From Parasitella parasitica NRRL 2501 (Eukaryota; Fungi; Mucoromycota), in assembly GCA_025201805.1 (NCBI GenBank), contig MU619248.1, positions 186,001-250,000 on the forward strand: a stretch of DNA of 64,000 bases. Direction: 5' to 3'. Shown here piece by piece: positions 27,155 to 37,463 of this stretch (position 1 is its first letter; every line of letters begins with the position of its first letter). The position numbers and the translations under genes are program-made. The notes beneath the pieces are model-generated. The model was not told the DNA's origin and did not search any database. It worked only from the letters and a program-made list of their open reading frames with translations.

Positions 27155-27933
27155 TGAGATACGATTAAAGAAGAATTTTATTAACTAAAAAATAATTAAA
27201 TGACTGTGAGCACATAGCATTTTTCATCTGCTGCATTGCCCTAGTCAGATCGCGTAGTTTATATGAAAGAAAAACCTTCCCAAAAGACAAGGAAAAAGAA
27301 AAAAGTATTAAAGTATTTAGAAAAAAAAAAAATAAAAAATAAAATAGAGAGATTTAGGAACAGAGCAAAGAGACATTAACACTTTTACACGAGCAACCAA
27401 TTCACCATAGAGGCACCAGGATCTTGTGGGGTAGAAGGAGGGACTTGTCCATGAAATAAATGATCCATTTCATGCATGATTCTGCAGATTTCAGGCCAAC
27501 GAACCGGCCAAGGGAAGGCTTGCTGGGGATTTCGTGGTTTTTTTGAAAGTAGATGATTCAATAAATATGATAGCGGATCATCAACTGATAGAGGCATTTG
27601 TAGTCGACTGTGCATATGAAGACATTCGATAGCATGTTTACGAGTAAAGTTTTCAAAAGGATGGTATATACAGGGACTAGGAATACCACCTGGCATATAC
27701 AGTATTTTTACTTTTGGAAGATTTCATTTATTTTCTGGACGAATTCACCTAGCTAATTTAGACAGATGTGATATATTTTTAGACGATTTTTTTTGTAGAC
27801 CTTTTTACTTGGAAATTTAAAGAATCACAAAATGGGCTTTATTCACTATACAGTGATTTGACGAAAGATATGGTAAAGGACTCTCCAAGCCGCGCTTTTT
27901 TTTTACTTGCAAAAAAATTTTAATATAAATAAT
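27155..27933 (-). repeat. left arm of long inverted repeat (pairs with 32453-33213)
   Basis: Reverse-complement match with a few substitutions and small indels. Consists of a LINE tail (27158-27696) plus ~235 bp of non-LINE sequence. Confidence 0.95.
27158..27696 (-). mobile_element. non-LTR retrotransposon 3' fragment (copy A', in left arm)
   Basis: PGGIPSPCIYHPFENFTRKHAIECLHMHSRLQMP...DPLSYLLNHL...RWPEICRIMHEMDHLFH resembles the Cys/His C-terminal domain of Mucorales LINE-like RT proteins, followed by the 3' UTR. Confidence 0.8.
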
Positions 27934-28035
27934 ACATGAAAGAATGATCACTTAATGGAATATGGATATAAGATATGGATATAACATGGATATAACATGA
28001 GAAGGTTATAGACATATCAATCACAAATATGATTA

Positions 28036-29735
28036 TTATTTTAAAAAGTATTCAGCAGTAGATTTGGATGGTAACTTTCTAAACCCGCAATTTTCATCCA
28101 GGATTAGACGATCCAATTTTCGTTGTTCAATTAATTCATTATAAATGGTAGCCAACATCTCGAAAATGATATTCCAGTTGCTTCGTAGCTCCCAGGATGT
28201 GGGGACACAAGCTGATCTCAGCTCCACAAGCCTCCATCTTCCTGCTTTTGTTAAGTTTAGTTTGGTTACTGTTAGGGTCTGCTTTATCACTTGTATACCA
28301 AATGTACACTTTTTCGTCATTGTTTCCATACTAGCTCTTTTGTTCTGTTTCAATATATGGAGTAACGAGTTGCTACATTCAACTAATAGCTTTAGGGTAT
28401 CATCCAGGGAGTGCCTTGTTATCTCATTATCAAATCCGCTGCTACATTCAATGAAAAGCTCTTCGTTGTTTGTTGTCCTAAACCATCCGCATATTTTCTA
28501 TCTGAGAAACTAATGACGAAGTCATTGCATTCGGAAACCGCTAAACCTTGTGATTCAATCATTTTCTCGCACCAGTAGAACTCTGTCAAATTAGATTCTT
28601 GACTTAAATATTTGAACATGGGGACAATGTATTTGACAAAAGGTGTACGCTCATGGTTGTTACTATTGCGCAATTCTTGTTTGCAATTTGAGCTGAAGTC
28701 TGTAAGAGTATAACAAACAATGTCCATGAACGTCCGAGTGGTACCAGTAGCTTCAAGTCTTTTTTCATGGTTCCAAAGCATTCTAATGAAATCTTCTTTA
28801 TCAGCACTTAATACATCTTGAATAAATTCAGTAACACCGGGAAAAGAGTCGAATGAAGCAAATTTATTTTGATCCACAACGTGACCCTTGTATTCATCCA
28901 TTGCTTCCTCGTTTTTATAATTATCGTCATCAATCAAGAACTCCATCCCAATTTCACAGAAATCTCTGATTTTCTCTCTATCAATGTATTGGATCTTCGG
29001 TTTATGTGGTGCTGTGAAGAATGTAGCTGGATTAAAAATGACGAATTTCTTTTGATTTTTATCCAACGTACAGGTCTGAAAGAAAAAAAGAAATTAATTA
29101 ATCGCGTGAATTAGCATTTTATATTTTCAAGTTACCTTTTTTGTAGGTGATGTGTATGTTGTTGTTTCTACTGTTGTTGAGATTCGAGTGGCTTCATCTT
29201 CTGTTGTTCCTGAGACTTGTGTGGCTGCCTCTTCTTCTGCTGTTGAGCCTGTTGTACCATCAATATATTGATCTTGGAATTCATTAAGGCCTCTCATTGT
29301 CAACGCATTTCCAAGTCTTTGTGCCTTTTCATACGCTTCTTGTCGTTCCTTTGCAATTTTTCTTTTTCTTACTCTTGGCTCATTCTCGTCTATCGTACGT
29401 TTGTATTCCTTGATAAAACGGTCTTTTGTTTTTCGAAGTGAGAAATAACTATACACTTTTTGAATAAATATATTGATATTTGAAGGCAGCGCTACCGACT
29501 GATCTTTGCTATTCATTGTATTATAAAGTGCGGCTTTAATATAGCTGTATATTTCCTCAGGATTGTCTTTCATCAATTCATCCTCTGGAATGCAATCAAT
29601 GTGGTATTGTAGATCGCCAAAGCTGCTAACTGGCATTGTCAAAATGTAGTTACATTCAGTAAACTTGTTTCGCACTTCTGGAGTTAGTGTATATTCTTTA
29701 TCACAATCGCGGGGGAATTTTGGGGAGCCAACCAT
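28036..29735 (-). pseudogene. frameshifted PD-(D/E)xK/REase-fold-like nuclease gene (Mucorales multi-copy family), 2 exons
   Basis: Exon 1 29735-~29135 joins in frame (GTAACT...TTTCAG) to exon 2. Motifs NHERTPFVKYIVPMFKYL, FYWCEK, KYADGLG, then a frameshift at ~28470 restores EELFIECSSGFDNEITRHSLDDTLKLL...FGIQVIK...LVELRSACVP to the stop at 28036. Confidence 0.65.
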
Positions 29736-29756
29736 TGTAAAAGTTACAGCAAAGAT

Positions 29757-29795
29757 AAAAACTTATCAAAATGACGGTCATTTTGATAAGTTTTT
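29757..29795. promoter_or_regulatory. perfect 19-bp inverted repeat with 1-nt spacer, 21 bp upstream of the nuclease-like ATG
   Basis: AAAAACTTATCAAAATGAC-G-GTCATTTTGATAAGTTTTT. The palindrome is certain; the regulatory role is inferred. Confidence 0.6.
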
Positions 29796-29885
29796 CAATT
29801 TCGTCTGTTACGTCATCAATAACTAAACCATTTATGATTTATTTTTTTTACACACCAGTGTAATATTTTTACTTTTCACATCGTT

Positions 29886-30196
29886 AAGCCTTATAAAATT
29901 CCAAGAGGATCCACCCATCTTGGTCCTTGGTTAATAGAGATAAAAGCCAGCCTCTCAAGGATTGGGATGGTCCCTGCAACTCTTGGTGAGGTATGCAATA
30001 GTTGGCGCGGGCTTGCTGACGACCTGTTACGATGTATTATTACCTAGCTTTGAAAGCCTTATAAAATTCCAAGAGGATCCACCCATCTTGGTCCTTGGTT
30101 AATAGAGATAAAGGCCAGCCTCTCAAGGATTGGGATGGTCCCTGCAACTCTTGGTGAGGCATGCAATAGTCGGCGCGGGCTTGCTGACGACTTGTT
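29886..30196 (+). repeat. tandem duplication, ~143-bp unit at 168-bp period
   Basis: 29886-30028 vs 30054-30196 with 4 substitutions. Confidence 0.95.
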
Positions 30197-30779
30197 CAAA
30201 TGTCTAGGTAAAACAAAGAAACTTGCTGGGTTTACAAGGTACTTATATATAGAAGACAAATTTCAAGTATAATTATTAATACTTATTTGATGTGCTGTTG
30301 TACAATGAATGTACGAGGAATTAAAATTTAGGTAAAGCTTAGTATGTCTTATCAATATTTGAAGTATAATCTCAATTTCGACATTTATGAAATTAAGATA
30401 CATGGAATAATCAAAGTGGAAAATAAACCATACGTGATGATCAGGAGAAATAAAGATAATAAAGATTGGATGAAAAAAAGGTTATTTTATTCACTTCTGT
30501 AAGTATCGTTATCTCTTAACGAAAAGCATCAATATTTTCCATTAATTGCTCTGTTTACACTGTACTAAATTTTCTTTTTTTGACCTCCTTAGTGTTATGC
30601 ATCATGTTACGAGCAAAACTGTTTCTTTTCTTCTTTTTTTTCTTGTATTTAAGTGAAGACTCATCAAACTTTAATAATAATAAAAAAAAACTTAAATGAA
30701 TTAGCCTTTCATCGTATCATTTTTGTCAGAAGAGTCTGATGGCAAACGTTTTGTATCAAGCAAACTTTGGGATATCATT

Positions 30780-31528
30780 ACATGGCTCAGTAGCTAATAT
30801 TAATAGGACATAACGAGTTGGAGGATACCGATGAGGCGATCTTAGTATATCAATTTAGTATGTTGACGTGCTTCTTCTGATAAAGTAGATAGTGTAAGGC
30901 TGCAGAGTTTTAGAAGGATCGGTTGGTCAAATTTAGGAATGGAGATATTGAAGTTTTCCAGTTGGGTGTAGACATGATTGTTATAATCCTCATGGGTGAG
31001 AAGGCTTATATCAAGGATATAATTGTATTTTTTTTATGTTAAGCGAATCTAGAGAATTTGTGTCGAGAGAGGGTTTGTGCTTGGAACGTAATCGTGTGTT
31101 GATGGGATTGGCTGTCAATATTTTGGGTTTTGGTTTAGATATTTTACAATATCCACATTGGTAATACTCCGTTCGAGGTGTTTGCTTGCGTTGGCATATT
31201 ATCTACATACCCTATCCTATTTTCAAGTTAATGAACGGTATCTTTTAAAGGGATAATATTATGATATGCAGAGCAATTCTACATAATTTTGTGATAGTTT
31301 AATCTTTACGGTTGAGGAAAATGTTGTTGGGTCCAAGTCTTTTTTTTAGATAGACCTTCTATCCAGGCATAGTGGAAGTATAGTAGTAATTTGGAGCGCC
31401 ACAAGAAGCTTGTTCATGACGTCGTCTACCTTCATGAAGGATGTACCTTTCTGTTACTTCTTGTAACCGGGTGTAATGTTGGATTAAAAAAAAGGATGTT
31501 TCTGTTTAGACTCCTCTTGATCTGACAT
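30780..31528 (-). pseudogene. decayed ORF of unknown family inside the cargo
   Basis: MSDQEESKQKHPFFLIQHYTRLQEV...CGAPNYYY...* ...EYYQCGYCK...LLKLCSLTLSTLSEEARQHTKL with stops and frameshifts. Confidence 0.35.
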
Positions 31529-32452
31529 ACTGTATTGTTTTATAAGTAGGTGGATGGAGGTGTTGTTGAAATAAGTTTTAATATGAACCTAATTTGCTAG
31601 AAGTTATATTTATAGCGGAAGACCCAAAGTATTGTGTGTTCTTTTTAGATGAAAATGTTGAAAGATAGAGATTGTGGAAAACCATAAGATATCTTAATCT
31701 TATTTTGTTCTAATAAATGCTCTCCAGAACACGCCAGTAACATCAAGTCAGGTTTTTAATGAATATACAATATCTAAAAACAACAAAGAGATTTTTGTTA
31801 ATTCATGAATAAACGTTGGTTGCTAAATGAAACGAAATTACCTTTGTTTGTTTGTTTGTTTCTCTCTCTCCATGATAATATATTGATTGTGTTATCCATA
31901 GTCTGCTTCTTCCTTTCCTGAAAGCGGAATCTTCATTTTCTTGAATGGATGTCTCCATAAAAGTTCAAATAATTTCAGCAATACACTTGAATCAATCAGT
32001 GCATGATATCATCGCAACTCTATTGATCTCTTTCCAAAAAAAGTAATTCCTAAACTTAATGATGAATGCAAGTCTACTTACAAAATAACTTGTAAATCAT
32101 ATCTGTAACACCAAGTATAAAAATGATATCTTAGGCTTGAGCGAAACCGATATGATCCATATTGACTCACTTCAGGAACACATCAACAAGTAGATCTACT
32201 TCCTCGTTGGGTTAATGAGACTTTATCATATATATCTTCAATTCATAATCGTAAAAAATACTCGTGTCACTTTCCAAAAAAATTGTTTGCAGGACGTACC
32301 TATTCCAATACTTGTTGCCTCCGTTAGTACTCCAGATACAATGGTAAAACCCAACCCATCAGCTCCCCTCCCTTGGTATAGAAGAAGTTTAGACTTGATA
32401 TAAAACATGACGTCTTAGAAAGTCATTAAGAAGAAGACTCATTTAAACTTGA

Positions 32453-33213
32453 ATTATTTATATTAAAAAGCGCGGCTTGGAGAGTCCTTTACCATATCTT
32501 TCGTCAAATCACTGTATAGTGAATAAAGCCCATTTTGTGATTCTTTAAATTTCCAAGTAAAAAGGTCTACAAAAAAAATCGTCTAAAAATATATCACATC
32601 TGTCTAAATTAGCTAGGTGAATTCGTCCAGAAAATAAATGAAATCTTCCAAAAGTAAAAATACTGTATATGCCAGGTGGTATTCCTAGTCCCTGTATATA
32701 CCATCCTTTTGAAAACTTTACTCGTAAACATGCTATCGAATGTCTTCATATGCACAGTCGACTACAAATGCCTCTATCAGTTGATGATCCGCTATCATAT
32801 TTATTGAATCATCTACCTTCAAAAAAACCACGAAATCTCCAGCAAGCCTTCCCTTAGCCGGTTCGTTGGCCTGAAATCTGCAGAATCATGCATGAAATGG
32901 ATCATTTATTTCATGGACAAGTCCCTCCTTCTACCCCACAAGATCCTGGTGCCTCTATGGTGAATTGGTTGCTCGTGTAAAAGTGTTAATGTCTCTTTGC
33001 TCTGTTCCTAAATCTCTCTATTTTATTTTTTATTTTTTTTTTTTCTAAATACTTTAACACTTTTTTCTTTTTCCTTCTTGTCTTTTGGGAAGGTTTTTCT
33101 TTCATATAAACTACGCGATCTGACTAGGGCAATGCAGCAGATGAAAAATGCTATGTGCTCACAGTCATTTAATAATTTTTTATTTAATAAAATTCTTCTT
33201 TAATCGTATATCA
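32453..33213 (+). repeat. right arm of long inverted repeat (pairs with 27155-27933)
   Basis: Reverse-complement match to the left arm. Confidence 0.95.
32669..33210 (+). mobile_element. non-LTR retrotransposon 3' fragment (copy A, in right arm)
   Basis: Same 5' truncation point as A'. TGG>TAG stop at 32855-32857. Ends TTTAATCGTATA. Confidence 0.8.
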
Positions 33214-33219
33214 TCGTGG

Positions 33220-33805
33220 TCGATGGCGTCTTGGCTGGCTTCCAGGTGGCAAACCACGTCCTTGCCCTTTCCACCCGACAACTAATCTCTCTCGTGCTCA
33301 CGTTACTGACTGTCTGCAGATACATCGCCGACTTCAGTTGCCTGAATCTATCCAAGACCCTCTTTCTTTCCTGCTTAACTTATTGCCACTGAGACACCCA
33401 CAAATGCTCAATACGGAGCTTCCTGGGCAGTCCGTTGGCCTGCAATCTGCTTGATCCTATCATATTTTCCACAATGAAGACGTTCCTCCGGCTCCTCCTC
33501 ATATCGGTACTAGTTTGGTAGAATGGTTGCATAGGTAAAGGCTGCTAGTGTTTCTAACCTGTTTCTGGATTTTTTCATTTTATTTCTCCTCTTTTATACT
33601 CTTTCATTTCAACTTATATTTGTTTCATTTATAATTTCTTACCTCTTCCATACTTTTTTCGTTTTCCCTCTTGACTCTTCAGAGGGTCTTTTCTTTCCTT
33701 CCACTTGGCAAACTGGTCCGGGCAATGCAGTTATTCCAACTATTGTGATCATTATGACCATTTTTATTTTTCTTTATTCAATAAAATTTCTCATTTAACC
33801 GTATA
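33220..33805 (+). mobile_element. 5'-truncated non-LTR retrotransposon 3' fragment (copy B, different subfamily) with 9-bp TSD
   Basis: RWRLGWLPGGKPRPCPFHPTTNLSRAHVTDCLQIHRRLQLPESIQDPLSFLLNLLP...WAVRWPAICLIL (frameshifted). Ends AATAAAATT..TTTAACCGTATA. TCATCGTGG at 33211-33219 and 33806-33814. Confidence 0.82.
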
Positions 33806-34691
33806 TCATCGTGGAGTCGGCATCATGTCAGGAGAACCCTGATCACTTCCTAAATGGAAAATGGATCATAACTATATAAATCTATGATGCAAGAACAAAA
33901 CACAATCGTGCCAATAATTTGTAGTTTTTATGCTTCAATTGATATATACAGTGAATATACATCACATTACATGCAAAATGAAGTTGTTGTATTAGTCTTC
34001 AGGAAAAATTGATAGATGTAAATTAATGAAAAGGAAAACGAGAATCGTTGTAACACACATTACATTGTAAGCAACATTTGTAGAGTACTATATTTTATTT
34101 GGATCTCTCCGCATCAAATTCATCTTAAATTCTGTTGCTTACACGGTAGAACAAGGCCTGATGCCAAGTATTTCGTTCATGTAAAAATGTATACAAGGCA
34201 ATTATTTCTGCATTCCTGTTTGATTTGCGTCTCACCACAACATCAGTTTATTCATGAAACTACTGATAAGGTTTGTCTATCTGCCGGATGATTATTCTAC
34301 CTATCGAATTTTCATTAGCCAAGAGCTGCCAAATTATTTCTTTTCTTGTTGCAGAAAGGAGAGCGAAGCACGATATTCAACATTATTACAGGATTTACTA
34401 GATATCAGATGTATAATATTTAATCTTTATTTATATTGTATAATATTCCTGCTTATCAGATGCGTGTTGTCGTGATTTTCAATACCGAAATTGCATTTGA
34501 GCAAAGGTAGAAAGAACATGCACATGAGTTAAAAACACGTTTTATATGGTTTTATCTTTATCCCGAAAGTGACTCAAAAAAGAAGGTGATCCTCAACATT
34601 TTCCTTTCGCGTAGAATTAAAATTGTTCTTCCAGCACTTTTTCAAGAGGCACCTTGAATAGCTGCTTTGGCAAATTATTGTCATTGGTTGA
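33803..34691 (+). repeat. long direct repeat copy 2 (pairs with 25963-26850)
   Basis: See copy 1. Ends at CATTGGTTGA. Confidence 0.97.
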
Positions 34692-34796
34692 TGTATCTCA
34701 CAAACTTTAAAAAACTTAACGTCTATTTATACTCGAATCAATAAAAGAATTTTGTTTTCTATTAAAAAAAAGGTATAACGGATGAATTATTTAATG

Positions 34797-37463
34797 TTAC
34801 AGCATATTATTCTGCTTCTTTACAGTGCGTAATACAGAAGCGACATAGGCATCAATGCCCTTTTCCCATTTTTTGACGACACCTTGCTTTATGCTGTAAA
34901 CCTCTCTCTGGATAAGCTCATCTTCTTGGTCAGATTCACTTTCATCTGTTTCAGGATCCAAGATTTGTTTCAGAAACCAGACATCGTGACTAACTACAAT
35001 CAAGGCACCCGAGAAATCAGCTAATGCGTCGACCAGCATTTCAACAGTGCCCATATCCAAGTGATTGGTGATTTCATCCAACACTAACACATGCGGCTTT
35101 TCATATAAAATCATGGCAAATGCTATACGATTACGCTGACCACCGCTCAAAGATCGAATTTTGCGCAATACAATATTGCCGGAAATACCGATAGTACCAA
35201 AATGAGCACGACATTCGTGTTCTGACAAGCCAGGATATTGCTTCATCATGCATTCTACGGGCGAAAGGTCCAAATCAAGCTGATCCACCACATGCTGAGA
35301 AAAGTATCCCACCTTTAACAAGGCATGGCGGTAAACCTCCCCCTGTGATGGCTGTGTCTTACCAGTTAGCATGTTGAGTAACGTAGATTTGCCACACCCG
35401 TTAGGCCCAATAAAGGCAATTCGAGCATTTGGCTCGATATTAATGGAAAACTTCTCAATGACGTTCTTGGATGATCCTTTGTACTTGAAAGACGCTTCAC
35501 TCATACGGAATACAGGCCCATTGTAGCGCAATTGGCTTGGCTGAGGAATCTTGATGGAGGCTGTCTTGACTCCCTGTTCAACCACAATTTCCACACGCAT
35601 ACTTGAGTGATAGCCAGCACGGTAGCTTTGCTTGAACCGTTTACCGTCCTCTGTCTTTTCCATGCCCAATCGCTCGATTTTTTTTTGCCTCGATTTGATC
35701 ATGCCATGACGCTTATCATCTCCAGTTGATTTAGCTGTTTGGAGGTTATGTTCAATACTAGCTTGAATCTTTTTGCGCTTCTTTTCAGTGTTCTAACAAA
35801 GTAAATATATAAATTAGTCGACCAACATTGCTATATAATTAAAGTAAAGCACTTACATCAAGCAAGGCTTGCTTGCGAATACGCTGTTCCTCGGTATTGG
35901 CTTCCCAGTCTTGATAATTACCCGCATGATATTTGAGTTGTTTGTCTTTCATGATGATGGTTTCATCAGTGACATTGTTCAAAAAATCGCGATCGTGAGA
36001 AACCACCACAACAATCATCTCAGAAGTGTCATTGATAATGTACTCTTGTAGCCACAAAATAGCAGGTAGATCCAAATGGTTGGTAGGTTCATCTAAGAGC
36101 AGAATATCAGGTTGCATGAACAGACTCTTTGCGAGAGCAATGCGCATTCGCCAACCACCAGAGAAGGTTGAAATCAACGATACAGACTGTGCTTCACTGA
36201 AGCCGAGGCCTTTGAGAAGCCTTTGAGCACGATTCTTGCGCTCATCCTGTTCAACTAATGCAACACGTTCAAACACTTGAGCAATTACTTCATTCACCAT
36301 GTCAGCAGTAACATATTTTTGGGGATCTTGCTTGCAAAAGTCAGCATACTCCTTCTCTATTTTAACCAGTTCTCTACGAGCTTCACGGCCTCTTAAACCA
36401 GAGCGCTTAATGGCTAGTCGATTAGCAGCATCTAATCTGTCCTTGACACGACATTGCATGATGCTGAAAACAACGCTGTTTAATTCCTGGTTTGCCTTGG
36501 AGCTCTTCGTGTTTGTAGGAGCAGAATCGCCAATTACAGCGCGGAGAACTATGTACAGATTAGCAATTGGCCCTCCCAGTATCGGATATGACAACACAAA
36601 CCATCGTATTCTCGAACGGCAATGGTGGCCTTTGCATCTGCGCTCAAAACTTCTTGCACAACAGTAGTGTTTTCATCAAAATCTTCCAATTGGGAGATAT
36701 GGAGGATATTCAAATTTTGAGGTAAACCAACCAAGATATTATCAGCCAAACACTTCATCAACACAGATTTACCAACGCCATTTTGGCCTACCAAACCGTA
36801 CCGAGTCAATGGCTTCAACTTCAAGTGAGCATCAACCAACAAATCTAACTGATTCACTGATATTTGGACACCAGGTAAATCAATCTCTTTGTTCGATGTC
36901 TCCAACGTTTCGGTGTGGAATCGACTTTGCTGTGAGATGGCGACAAGGTTGGGTTCGTCATCCTCTGATGATGATGCTGTTGCTGCTACTTGCTTGCCAC
37001 GAACACCTCGTTTTCCTACACGTTTGGCTCCAGTAACTCGTTTCCTGGTAGCAGACTGCTTGCCAACTTCTTTTTCTTCTTCATTATTGTCTCCTTCTTT
37101 TAACTACATCAAACGTACAATCGATTAGATATTGGATTAGATAAACAGGATATATCGTCTTACCTCTTTTTCGATCGTGGAATCTTTATTATTGTTGCTA
37201 TTGATCAGGACAGCACCACCCACAGTTCTACTATTAATTGTCTTGTCTTGGAATACTTCATTTGAAAAAAGAGCCTTGTAAAAGTCACTTCTCGCCTTGT
37301 CATTGATATTCGCATCAATTAGAAAGGTTTCTGTTGATTCGCGTACTTCGTCATGATCAGTGAGCGCCATATCGCCAAGCATACCGCCGATATAGTCTAG
37401 CGAGTCTTTGTCTAATTTGATCTTGAATTGACTTAACTGATTATTAAATAGTTGTGCGGCCAT
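34797..37463 (-). CDS. ABC-F family ATPase (non-transporter, translation-associated)
   Basis: Two NBDs without TMDs: GQNGVGKS/FSGGWRMR/LLLDEPTNHLD and GPNGCGKS/LSGGQRNR/LVLDEITNHLD. N-terminal LDKDSLDYIGGML domain. Introns explain the ORF breaks, e.g. GTTTGT...GCTAAT...CATAG at ~36601-36550. Confidence 0.9.

Larger units (their letters stand above)
27158..33210. mobile_element. composite cargo element bounded by inverted, outward-facing LINE 3' tails
   Basis: Inverted ~770-bp arms end in the LINE terminal motif TTTAATCGTAT(A/C)|TCA. Internal nuclease-like pseudogene. Flanked, after removing nested copies B and C, by an ~888-bp direct repeat. Confidence 0.7.

Noticed and set aside
27960-28000. 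Three ATGGATATAA-like repeats
   Set aside because: Short minisatellite with no spacers; not CRISPR-like.
30186-30245. Hammerhead-like CTGACGA...GAAA...GTA in the tandem repeat
   Set aside because: Stem II closing pair and stem I do not form properly, and copy 1 fails altogether.
27158-33210. Interpretation as DIRS/Ngaro, LTR or classical TIR transposon
   Set aside because: No tyrosine recombinase, gag/pol, TG..CA LTR ends or DDE transposase seen. The arms are LINE tails, and the direct repeats look like host intergenic DNA.
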